Shown piece after piece: positions 39,490 to 51,400 of a DNA stretch of 64,000 nt. The position numbers were made by a program, and so were the translations under genes. The notes under the pieces were generated by a model, which was given only the letters and a program-made list of their open reading frames with translations, was not told where the DNA came from and did no database searches. Source of the DNA: Catajapyx aquilonaris. Taxonomy: Eukaryota. Within the stretch, counting starts at the first letter, position 1. Each line of letters opens with the position of its first letter. The stretch lies in assembly GCA_000934665.2 (NCBI GenBank), contig JYFJ02001069.1:1-64000 (forward strand). The letters run 5' to 3'.

Positions 39490-42400
39490 TCATAAGCTGG
39501 TTATGCGAGACAGCTGGCGGCGCTCCAGGAACCGAGCCAACTGCTTGGTGGAGACTAGGGGATTCCCATTCTGGTTCTGTGGGAAATGTCACACACTCAA
39601 ATTAGTTTCACATTCTCATATAATTAAGACCTCCTGGCAGCCACAATTCTTAAAAATTGACATTATGATTGCAATTTTAGAGAAGTTTCATTTTTCAAGA
39701 TTAGTTCTTCCTGCAGTTTCGTAGATATTTAAATTGCTAACCTGGGCACTGAGAATCCACTGCGACTGCAGGCAGTCAGCAGGGCAGGCTCGACCATCAG
39801 GGGCCAGAATCAATAGCTGGCCTATCAGATCCTTAGCAGATTGGCTTACAGATGAGAAGCACTCATCGGGAAAAGAGAAGTCACATTGAGAGATGTTGCC
39901 CATAGTCTCCTCTGCAGAGTCATCCAAAAATGGAGAATATCCACTGAAAAGAAAGTTTAACGACTTAGTAAAAATATATGCATTCCTTTCAATAAGGTAA
40001 ATTATGACTAGAGTCAGGATTTTTAGGCAAATGCCTATTTAGTTTCTTCAGAGTTGGGATGGTTTTGTGAAGATATCTATCTGTTTCGTAAGTGCAGGCT
40101 GTGGAAAATATAGGTTTTACTAGGAAAACCCTCGCTCCGCTCGCTCTTTTCTATGCCTGCGGCCTGGGGTATGTATGTGGCACACCATATTGCCGGGGGA
40201 GAGTGTAACGTTAGCCCTAGCTGGCGGCAACAATATGGGGGCGGACCAATCAGAGGGCTCGGTCGTGCAAGGCAAGAATTTTAATATTATAGATAGTGCC
40301 TAAAATGGCTTATTTCGAGCTTATTTGTGGTTTTGGGAACTATTTTGCCTATTCTGGCTTTTTGCAACTTCTCATGCCTATTTGGCCTTTTTTGGGATAG
40401 TTTTTAAACTTCTTGAAGCAATTTCGCGACTTTTTTGGGCCTATTATGAACCTATTTCTTCAGAGGCATGTTTGGTTTTTTTGCAGAGAATTTTTTGTGC
40501 TCCTGAAAGGTCCAAAATCGTTCAGAAGTAATACGGATCATGTTTCCGCGATACTTGTGCCAAATATCTTTCCAAATTTTCCTCTGATTATTCCAATCAG
40601 AGGAAAATTTAAGATATTTGGCAGCATATTGTGCAAGTGGAAACTGGCTATAAGGGGTAGATTTGTCTTTTGGCCAAGTTTTGTGATTTCCTGTCAGTGT
40701 ATTGTTGTTATTCGGTTTTTGCTATGGTTTGTGACCTTACATTTATATTTAGGCCTATAAAATTATTCTAGCTTTTTTATTTTCTGTAACATTATCCTCC
40801 ATACACCCGAAAATGTAAAAAATTTGTGCCCATTTTTTCGTGCCTAAAAATCCGGACTCTAATTATGACACATCTGTTCTCTCCAATGATACTGCTTCAT
40901 GATGAATAAGATTTCATTCCATATCTTCCTATCCTAACCCAGAGAATCGGACTTGGGGGGAAAAAGAGACACAAGTTGACTGGACCCCAAGGCCAACCTC
41001 AGTTCAACAGAAGTAGTGTACTGTGCCCTTCAATTATTCATCACGCAGGCAAAAGCTAGGATATTATGAGAGAATTGTAAGAATATTGATCCGACCTTTG
41101 CACTTCTTACTGGGTAGTGGAGAGAGGCGAATGATGACAAAAATAAACATGGAGACATGCTGAGATTATGCCTCCTAATATTGTTTTAATGACGCGATGT
41201 AAGAAAAGAGCATAATATTTTCCCCTTCAGTCCGCATTCCTTCAGTTGCATTTCCTGTGTGTGAATGAACCGCATGATGCAGGCCTTTCCTTGCTCACCT
41301 CAGAATGACATAGAGCAAGACTCCAGCACTCCACCAGTCAGCTGCTGTGGTGATGCCCTCTCCTGAGAGCAGCTCTGGAGAAGCAAACTCCAAATCGGCT
41401 GCTGGGTGTTGCCATGATGAAGAAGAGGACCAGGATGAGCAGGATGATGGTGTGGAGGCCTTTGGACTGCTGCCACCATCCTCCAATTGGAATGCACTTC
41501 CAAAGTCTATCAGTTTTAGGAGTGGTGGGTCTCGACTAGTGTCCATGAGCAAGTTCTCAGGCTGCATAAACGATGACATTTTGAATTGGTTAGAAATGTT
41601 TTAGTTCAAAAATTATGAAGCATTTTCTACTGAAATGATCCTCCCAAATTATCAACCAATATTCTCAGTATGAATTGCAAATATTGTCAAGAGTTGCTTC
41701 CTAGTAAACCAGTGCAAGAAAAGTAGGTTGTTACATGGGCTACCCCCATACCTTGATGTCCAAGTGCACGACCTGACGCTGATCCAGGTAGTCAAGAACA
41801 TCGAGCAACTGGGTGAAGGAATTGGCCAGAAATGCCTCTGAGAGACTCTCCCGCTGGCACAAATAGCACAAAAGCTGTGGTCCTGAAACACTGCAAAAAA
41901 AAATCACCACATAAAATAAGTACAGAAATTGTTCTCACTTGCAATCACATGTCACAGAGTACGCACAAGTCCATGGCAATCGCATGTCCCAGTGGGCTGT
42001 GGTAGAGTCCTAGCGGTTTGACTAAATTTTGATGACCTTGCAGTGCCAACATGATTTTGAATTCAGATGCCACTGCTGCCTCTAGCTGCTGGTCCTTGTC
42101 ATCTGGGTTCTGTGGGCGCCTGCTCCTGTTGAACAGCTTCACTGCAGCTTCCACAGCACCTTCAGACCTCCGGAGGTCCCGGCACCTTTTCACCACACTG
42201 CACCTTCCCCTACCAGCTTCACACACCTCTGCAAACCTGGCGATGAGACCTTGCTGCCATGGGGGTTGACCATCAAGTTGTTCAGATTCAGGATTATCTG
42301 GGTCAGTACCAGGAGGCTGGTCTTGTTGCTCTGGAGTCTCCACAGGGCTGTGCTCCAGAGTTTGGGTCTCACAGGCAGTGACTCCAGAAGCTTGAAATGA

Positions 42401-45400
42401 CATGAGTTGTCGTATGAGACACCTCAAAAAAATTTCAGCAATACCTAGTGTTTTCTTAGTCATAATGCAACAAAAGAGGTCCACAAAAATTTACTATCCC
42501 TTGTTGTCACTTTTAAGCTATTATGTTCAGAACATTTGTGCGCTACATGTATCAATTAATTAAACGCAAGTGTTAGTGGGACAGTAGGTTGCATACGACC
42601 TTATAATCACCTTTTGGTTTAGATTAAGTTTATCAGAAGATCCATTACAACTACGCCCATGCGGCACACACTATTTTTTTGTGACTCATTTGTTCCTTTA
42701 TAAAGTCTCTGAAGACAGACCAATTACAATAATTATCAAATAGTTCAATTCAGCAGTTTGTTGGATATTTACCATGGATGGTGAGAGTGGCAGAAGTGGA
42801 AGTAGATCCAGCATCTGAACTGGCCAAACAGACATATTCCCCTGAATCGGATGGCTGGCATGACTGGATTGTGAGACTGTGAATAGTGATTGCACCTTGT
42901 GGCTCTGCCTTTGCTTCAATGCTGAATCGGCCTCCGGATGTCAAAGGTGTTCCATCTGGACCCTTCCAGCTCACTCCCGGTTCCCCCTAGTTAACAATAT
43001 CAATGACGGAATGTCTCAGTGATGGCTCACACAGAGATCACAAACCTGTCACCATAGGTTTGATTTCATTCGAAGAGGAAATGCCAAGAACACTAATTTT
43101 GATCATGTTAACAAGAAGTTCCTTAGTCAGCTTTGGTTATTCATTTAAAAAATATTTACCCCTACAATACACTAGATATGTTTTTCCGTGCTCTCTCAAT
43201 ACTTGTGGTATAATTTGGATTAGGTCACCCATCAAATCCCATGCTGTAGAAAACTTTTAAAATTTGGTAGGGTAGTATTAATTTCAAAAATACCAATAAT
43301 CACCTTTGGAGACAGCCTGCAGGCGAGTTCAGCTGAGCATCCCTGCATCACAGTAACAGGTGCCATTGGAACCAAGAACTCTGGTCTGTCTTCTGGTATA
43401 GCAGCACCTCCACTATCACTGCCATCCAATGACTTCCGGGGCTTGGACTCGCGTTCCCTCCTCCCAAAGCTAGGCTTTCGAAACCGAAAGGACCATGGCT
43501 TTCGAGTGATGGTAGTAGATGTATTGGACAGGGGGAATGGATCAGATCCATGGTGCTGATGCCTCAGAGTGCGTGTTGGGAGCCACCCTTCTTCTGGTGC
43601 TGTACCACCTCCTCCTCCTTTTGGTCTTCTACGCACGAAATAGGACTGTCGGTCGGGATCCCATGACAGCACATGAACAGCTTCCCCCCGTGCGATGCTG
43701 AGCTCATCCTCTTGTGTGGCATGGAACTCACCCACTGCTTTTGCCACACTTCCTGGGGCTAATGGTGACCAATCAGAGCCACCGGTTTTGGGTGCCGCAT
43801 CTTGACCTCCACTCTGCCAAACGGATGGCCCCCACTCCCTTCAGTTCTGTACTGTCCCCTTCAAGTGCTTCCTGCATTACTGGCGCTAGAGTCGCCACAA
43901 GAAGCCGCAATTCCCCCCCTCAGGCATTGATCAACACTACAGGCTTCTAAATACCGTACAATGCAATTAGACTGTGGTAACATGCTGCAGCAATTATAAT
44001 TTTTTCCTCTTTCTAACCTCTACCTGCAGCAGCCAGCCTCTGGCAAAAAAACAAATAACACATGCAAGAGAAATGTGTGCAGTTGCAGTCTTTGCCTCCA
44101 AAGCACTGTTCGGTGTGTTCACCATTTTCACCCACTCGCAGCATTCAAATAGCCAGATACTATGAGGATGTTGCTTTCCACCACAGTTGCACTGTGTAGC
44201 AGTGAATTGCACAATTTGCTCGCATGATCAACTACTTCTAACGCGGACATACAACACGTTTTGTCCTGGTGGATGAGCGAGGCATTATAAGTGGAGGGCC
44301 ACAGCATGCTGTTAGTAACGATTCTACTACAGGCAGGAAAAAGACTACGTTGTGTGCAGTTTCTTCACAGGAAAGAGAGGGTGGGTTGCTAGGTAGTTCA
44401 GATTCAAGTTCAGCTGCTGCGGAAGCCCGTCCTTACCGCTTTCTGCGACCCTGCCTCGGACCATCGGCGTGCCATACCATTACCACTCTCATCCTTTTTC
44501 TCAGGAGGAGAGAGCAAAGACGATGCAGCAGCACTGCTACTGTCACTATCGCTCTTCCCACGTGGTCGAAGTGTGTTGCGGAACCCTTCCAGAAAGGTGC
44601 GGCGTCCCTTTATGGGACTGGCAGTAGCACCGTCCAGTCCATTGAGTGGGGTGTCTCCTGGACTCAGAGCCCTCCTGCCGGTGCCACTGGGCTTGGTTCC
44701 AGCAGGCTCCTCCTGGTGACGCCTCAGCTGGGCACCACTCCTTGCTGCCCCTTCTCCACTCCCAGGATGGGAGATGGTCTTGCGGAAGGTGGGGTTCCAC
44801 ACGGAGCTCAGTTCTGGGGCAGAGCTGGCGAGGGTTGGAAAACAAGAGTCAGACCACCCCAGACCCACGATGGTCTGTCAAGTTCTCCTGCTGATTTACT
44901 TAATTTCCTCCCTTAACGCTGCTGCTCTCCCAAAAAAGCAGTGCAAAAAGTGCAACTTGTAGATTTTAAGTTGAATCAGCAGAATTTCAATGTACAACAT
45001 GAGGACTAGAACACCACCACTTGTTGTCATTTTTCAATTGGAAGAGCTGTTTCCCTTCCCTAAATTAATATTAAATTATACATGGTGGTTAAGTAACTCC
45101 CTTCATGTACAGGTACAGAAGCATAAGCAGATATAGTAGGTGCATCTTCAGAGGCTGGTAATACAAAATCACCTTGTACAACTGGTCAGGTATTACGTGA
45201 GGCACTGCAGTTGCAAGGAATAGTCAAACCTCTTGGATATGAACCATTGCAGTGTTACTACACCTGCTCCCAAAATCAACTAAACAAGGGATACCTAGTA
45301 TAGCGGGACAAACGAATCTGTGTGGCAGACAATATCACATTCCATCCTTGAAGCTCAGGAGTTGGAATGATTAGGTAAAAGTTTGCCTGGCCAAACCAGA

Positions 45401-48400
45401 CTTGAGGCTCATCACAAGTATTGCACTGGCCGCACAGAATCGTTGAGCATCCTGGAGATACTGTACATGTTATACTTTCAGTGCATTGATCCAACTGCCC
45501 AAAAAGTAGAACCAACGTGAAGGGGTTAAGGGGATTAAACAACAGGGAAGTTGTACATGTAGTACACAACAAGGGTGCAGGTTGATGCATGATGTGTAGT
45601 AGATCAGAAGTGCTGGTGGACAACTGGCCAAGCTAAATGGGTGACACTACGGCAAAAACAACACCACACACAGCACGCACACATACACACAAATGTGAAC
45701 AGCCTGCAGTGCTAAAATAATCCACCAAAACAGAGTTGCATAACACGCCTGCATAGCTAATATAAACTACCTACTAATGTGACTCAGGACTCAAAATTAA
45801 AAGCTGACAGTATTCACCACCTAGGCAATAACAGTGAGAAGTGTTTTTAAAAGTGCTAATAAAACGAAACAAAAAAAAAGAGAAAGCATGGAAGCCAAAT
45901 CATAGGCCAACTCACTCTTGTGCTCTGCAGCACACATGTCCATAACACTGCAGCTCCTATGACAAATCACAGCACTTGCTTTCGCCAATCGCACGCATTT
46001 TGGCCCAATTTGTCTCCTGGCAGGAAGCAACTCCGCATGGAAACTGCAGCCACACGCTGCCTGCCTGCCTACCAACTCGCTTTTGGCACTATAAATTTAG
46101 CTTTGGCTATTGCTTTCCACACATCTAATACATTTAAACCACTCTGTAGAGATCTAAACAAAAAAGCTGGACACAGGTAAAGATTGCTAGAATAAATCTG
46201 GGTAGTAAGGGCACTAGTCAAAAATGAGCATGTGTGTGTCTCTGTAAGTGTGCGGGCTGAAATTTTGCCAACTATTCCAGTAACTGGAAGCATCAATTTG
46301 CCATCTCTTACTGCATTTGATTTGCCCTTTTTTTGACTCTCTTTCGTGTGAATGTGTTGCTCACATAGTGTCTATTGCATGTTAAGTGTAACGGATGGGC
46401 AAGTAGGTGTGAAAGAGGGTTGATGGCAACAGAGAGAACAAGTTGCAACTAAGCACATAGGGCCCAAGACACATAAGTCTACACTATGCAGCCATTTCCA
46501 TCACCACTGATTACAAAATGGTGACAGGCACAGGGTGAGAAAGTCACAGCTGTTGGAACATGGTATGTGGTGTCAAGTGCACAGTGAGTGGTAAAGGAAA
46601 CACAAGAATCCACTCCTTTTTTTTCTCTGGCCTTTCCTTTGCCTTCTCTCCTTTCACTTATATTTTTCAGTAGAAAAGGACGACTTTTATTGAATATATA
46701 CAAACATACAGTCATATGTACAGCGCTTTCTTTCATCTCATGGATATTACAAGTTATCATGACTAGGAAACTGTGGTGGAAGTAATAGCGGAGATAAACA
46801 ACAGTGCGGCACGGTAGTAGTCAAAGGCAATCAATTGACACAGATTCCTCTCCTCCGCTGCCATGGAGGAGAGCAGGTCTGAATTTTAGGAGGCTATGGG
46901 GCTGGGAGGCAACACCAAAAACGGTACTTGTGCACACTACACTGGCAAAAATTCGTCGTCATCAGAAGGCCTTGGTAGTTGTTTGTAGTAGTAGTAGTAG
47001 CAATAATAACATTAGTAATAGTAGTAGTAGTAGTAGTAATTAAAATTAACTGGCATGCACATGTCAAATAAACTGTGGTAGCATCTGCTCCTATTTTAAA
47101 AAAAAGCTTTCCTGTTACAATATGGATTTCTTTGAGCAGACTGCCTCTCATTTGCCTCTCTCCCATTCATCACTAAGTTACCGTATTCCATCTTTTCTCT
47201 GGCTACCTCTGCAGCTGCGTTCTAAGGACGCACATTACAACTCCTACCAGTTAGCAAAAATATGGACGCAAAAAATTACCAGTACAAAATGATATACATA
47301 CAATATGGGAGGTTTCTGAGAAGGGGCAGTGGAACATCATTATTGCACCACCTGATCTCTAGAGGCAGATGCAGGAAACCACAACCTGCTTCTTGATAAC
47401 TGCTTACAACTGGCATTTTGTACCATGTCTTCACTATTGACATTTTCCCTCCCAAGATCTAAGTTCCATGACAGTATCAGGACAAAGAAAATATTCAAAC
47501 CACCTGTCCTTTTTGAATCACAAACAACAATAGAAAAAATAGCTTACACAGCAGCAGATAAAACATCACATGAGAGCATGAGTCTCCCATACCTTGGCTT
47601 GAAAACGGCACCAATAAAATTTCCCTTCTTTTATACAAAATATTACACAATATGCTACCTAGCATTAAAAAACACGTTGCCAGCCACTTTGGCAGTCACC
47701 CAGTGAATGAGATTGGTTTTCTCCCCATACAAGCTAGAGCCAGGTGATGCAATAATTAACTTGGGTTAAAAAATCTACTTACAGCCCAAGTGCCAGGCAT
47801 CAATTACAATACTGCACTTTGTGGAGGAAATGCCAGTCCTGAACATCTCGCGGTTTAGATGGATTTCCACTTTTCACAGTTATGGCCTACAGTCAGTCGT
47901 TAAAAATTGCCTAACACAAAAATCATCTGTCAAAGAGAAATACCCTAGGTAACTAAAAAGCTACAGAGGAATGTGGATTTGTTCAGGTGTTCTGAACATC
48001 ACTGAATCATCTGGTAATCCTTAAAGACTAAACAACATGCTTCTGAAAGATACCTGTAGTTCACACCAACCAGTTACCGAATTTCCCCACAAGGTGCAAT
48101 AATGATTTTGCCTGGTAACTCGACAACTGGCTTGCTGGAGCAGGGAAAGTTGGGCAAGAGGATTAGGGAAACATACTTACACTTCCTTGGTCAACTTCTT
48201 CTGGTACTTAATGGGAGACTGAATGGCTTTGAGAAAGTCTTTCTGGGTTTCAAGGATGTCCTGAAGTTGTGCCACCCACTCCTCGCATGCCTCTTTGGTG
48301 GCTGCCTGACACACGTAAGCAGTGGTGGGCTTGAATGGGTCTGTTGAACGAAGAACAAAACGGCAAGTCTTGCCTCCCTCTTCATTGCTTATCTCTTCCA

Positions 48401-51400
48401 CACTCATCTTGTTCACCTGATGAAGAAAAGCACAGTAATGTCTTGCTTCCTGATTCCTTCCATCCTAAAACTCACCTGAATATGAGCCTTGTATACATAG
48501 GCTGGGTTTGAGAACTGCGTCTTCTTTCCCACCGCCTCACTAAAAATGATGTTCTGTTCAAAGAAGAAAACCTGCAGTTCCTTACCCTTGAAGCCCTGAA
48601 TGGCTGCCCCTTCACTGCATAATAAAGGACCGTGACGTAGAAGCTTTCCCTGTGCAGTGATCTTGCCCTTTTCATAAAAATGAAGAAGAAAAAATGATTA
48701 TTACACAGCTGTGCATCCATGCATTCTTCAAATGTTGAACATTACATTGAATTAGTTCCTTACGAAAAAAAACATGACAAATTCAGTTTCATTTATCATA
48801 ACTTTGCACTGCATAACTTGATATGGTTGATAACACATGACATACAACGGGTACGCTGGATAGCTTCACCCACTTGTATAAATCGATGGAATGAATGCAG
48901 CATGGTGCCTTCCGCATTAGTAAACACAACATGGAACCATAAAAATTCAATAATTGAAAGTGCAAGCCTAACAAGACTCCTACAGAATATTCAGAAATAA
49001 TAAAATCTTATTTAACTGCCTGAATCATGCCCTGGCAGTCCCACAGATAAAGATGAGACACTAACGTCAAACCCTTGCAGGCGGCCCACATTCATCATGT
49101 CATTGGCTTCCTTTGGAACCACATGCATGATGCGCAGAGCAGTCTCCAGGGCCTCTGCATCTTCTTCCAGTCCTGCCCTCTGTGTGTACTTGTATATGTC
49201 TTTGAGCAGCAGTTGGTACTTCATGATGCGTTGCACAGGCTTTATGAGCAGGTCGCAGAGCTGGAGCTTGTGGCCTAGCTTCTGCCTCAACTCCTGTAAA
49301 TTATTTATGTATTCGCAAGAGCATGAAAAAGGCATCAGGTTGTCCAACTGACCTCAAAGTAAGAGTCGATGTATTCCGAAACAATATATTCTGACACAGG
49401 CTTGTTTTGGCAGTACACAACGTACATGTGCAACTTCCTCTCATACCTCTTGAAGAGTGGCCCCAATTGCTCAGGGCAGTCGATGGATTTCTCTAAGGCC
49501 TTCAGGAAGAAGCTGTAAGAAATCATTGCACTGCATTCCACCTGATCATATTTTGTGACACTAGATATACCTATCATTAGGCATCTTGATTAGGGCCTAT
49601 ATCACCAGTATTAACACTCCAGTAAAGGTTAACATATACACATAGTTAAGAGCATTGAAACAATAAACAAACAACTTTTATTTAGTTGACTAAAAAAATA
49701 ACATTGGTGCAGTATAGCCATTGATGCTGTTGTGCCATAAAAATCCAATTCAATCAACTAGGAAACTAACACAACAAATTTACTTTTGAAGGGTGTAATA
49801 GGATCACTCAAAAGTGCAATGCACACTCTTTGTTACAACTTCAGAGCAGGGTCCTGCATTGCATCAACAGGTTATGATTAGGTACTATGGGTGACCAGTT
49901 TCGAAGCGTTTTGAGCAGGTGACACCATAATGCCAGTATGTGCAAAAGAGGCATGCGTAGATTAATAATACCTAATGGTCATCCTACACAGGCATGTGAC
50001 CTCCTGTGGGATCCTTTTTTTAAATCTGACTTTATTCACTGACTACGTATATTGTGATGGATTTTGATATTGGATGGAAACAGGATGACCCCAGAAAATC
50101 TACACAAGCACGGCAGGAACCTATCAATTATTCTTTCCACCTGAGAAAAAGAGTTGTGTTGTAGACTGCAATACCTCTTAGTTTATAGAACCATGTGCTC
50201 GGGGTGTAAAAGTATATTTGCACAACAAAAACTGTACGAGTGCATGTATAGTCCAGTGCACTACACTTTATTCAAAAGCACAAGGCAGGTCCCACTCACC
50301 ATCTTATCTGAATGAGGCCAACTCTGGATCTGCCACCATGATAAATGAGTGCAACATGAGGCTTGGACAAATGCAGAGTTGACATAAGTCATGCATTTTT
50401 TTTACAAAAAGTAACTTGGAAAATAATAATCAAAAGCAAGGAACGACAACTCTCTGTCTTCGCCAGGCCTTATATTGCATTCATTTATGATGGTGGGCAA
50501 TCCAGAGTGGGTGGAGCTGCCTTATACCTCGGGATAAATAACATTTTTGGTGTCATAAATTTTACTATGCTTACAGTGCAAGAAACACTAACTAGTTTTG
50601 AGCTTTGTGAATTTACACACAAGCAGCACTAGTGACATGAACATGTCATTCTTTACTTCAATGCAAATACTTCAGCCCTCAAAACAACTTAATTCTCCTC
50701 TCAAATTATACAGTAGTCTCTACTGTGAGTGTATTATATAGCTCCTTTATGCATTTTTAAAAATAACTACTACAAGAAAAATAGTTTGAACTTACTCTCG
50801 ATGCCACTCGCAGATTGCCTCCATGTTTCCAAAGACCATCTTGTGCTTTCCGCTACGCAGGTTCTCTGGCATGGGCACAGTGCAGTTGGGATCCCTCATG
50901 AGGGCCATGTACCCATCCACCACCAGACTCAAGTCTCTTACATAGTCCCGCTCTGTCTCCACTAGTTCCAACATCACATAGCGCCTCTTGATTAAGGCAG
51001 CCTCTCCTGCCACTTCCTCTGCTGCAGCCTTTGACCCTGCCTCAGTGTCCTCCTCTCCACCATCTGCTACCACTGCACTGGCACTGTCTTCTCCCCCTTC
51101 TGCCCCCACAATACCAGTGCTTCTCACTGTAATCTCTCCCTCATCACTAGCACCAGATGGATGTTCACAAGCTCCACTGGACACTCCCAATAGAGACACC
51201 TCTGCTGCTCCAGCCCAAGATGTACCATCATCCCCCTCCGGTTCTCCAGACCCGGAGCTGCGGCTGTTCAGCTGACTCCTCCGTTCCGACTGCTTCTCTG
51301 AATGCTGCTCCTTTAATCCCAGGAGAGAACAAGTAAATATTAGCATGGTTAGACACCATGGCAATTTACCAGCAGGGTTCTGGCACACAATGCGCTGGAA

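Noticed and set aside
43841..43948. Stronger-looking acceptor (tatttag) at 43946 for the SH3-2 exon
   Set aside because: It leads to stop codons in the required phase; the in-frame acceptor at 43813 was preferred.
44269..44916. 215-aa plus-strand ORF
   Set aside because: Antisense to Trio exon 44824-44437; no motif.
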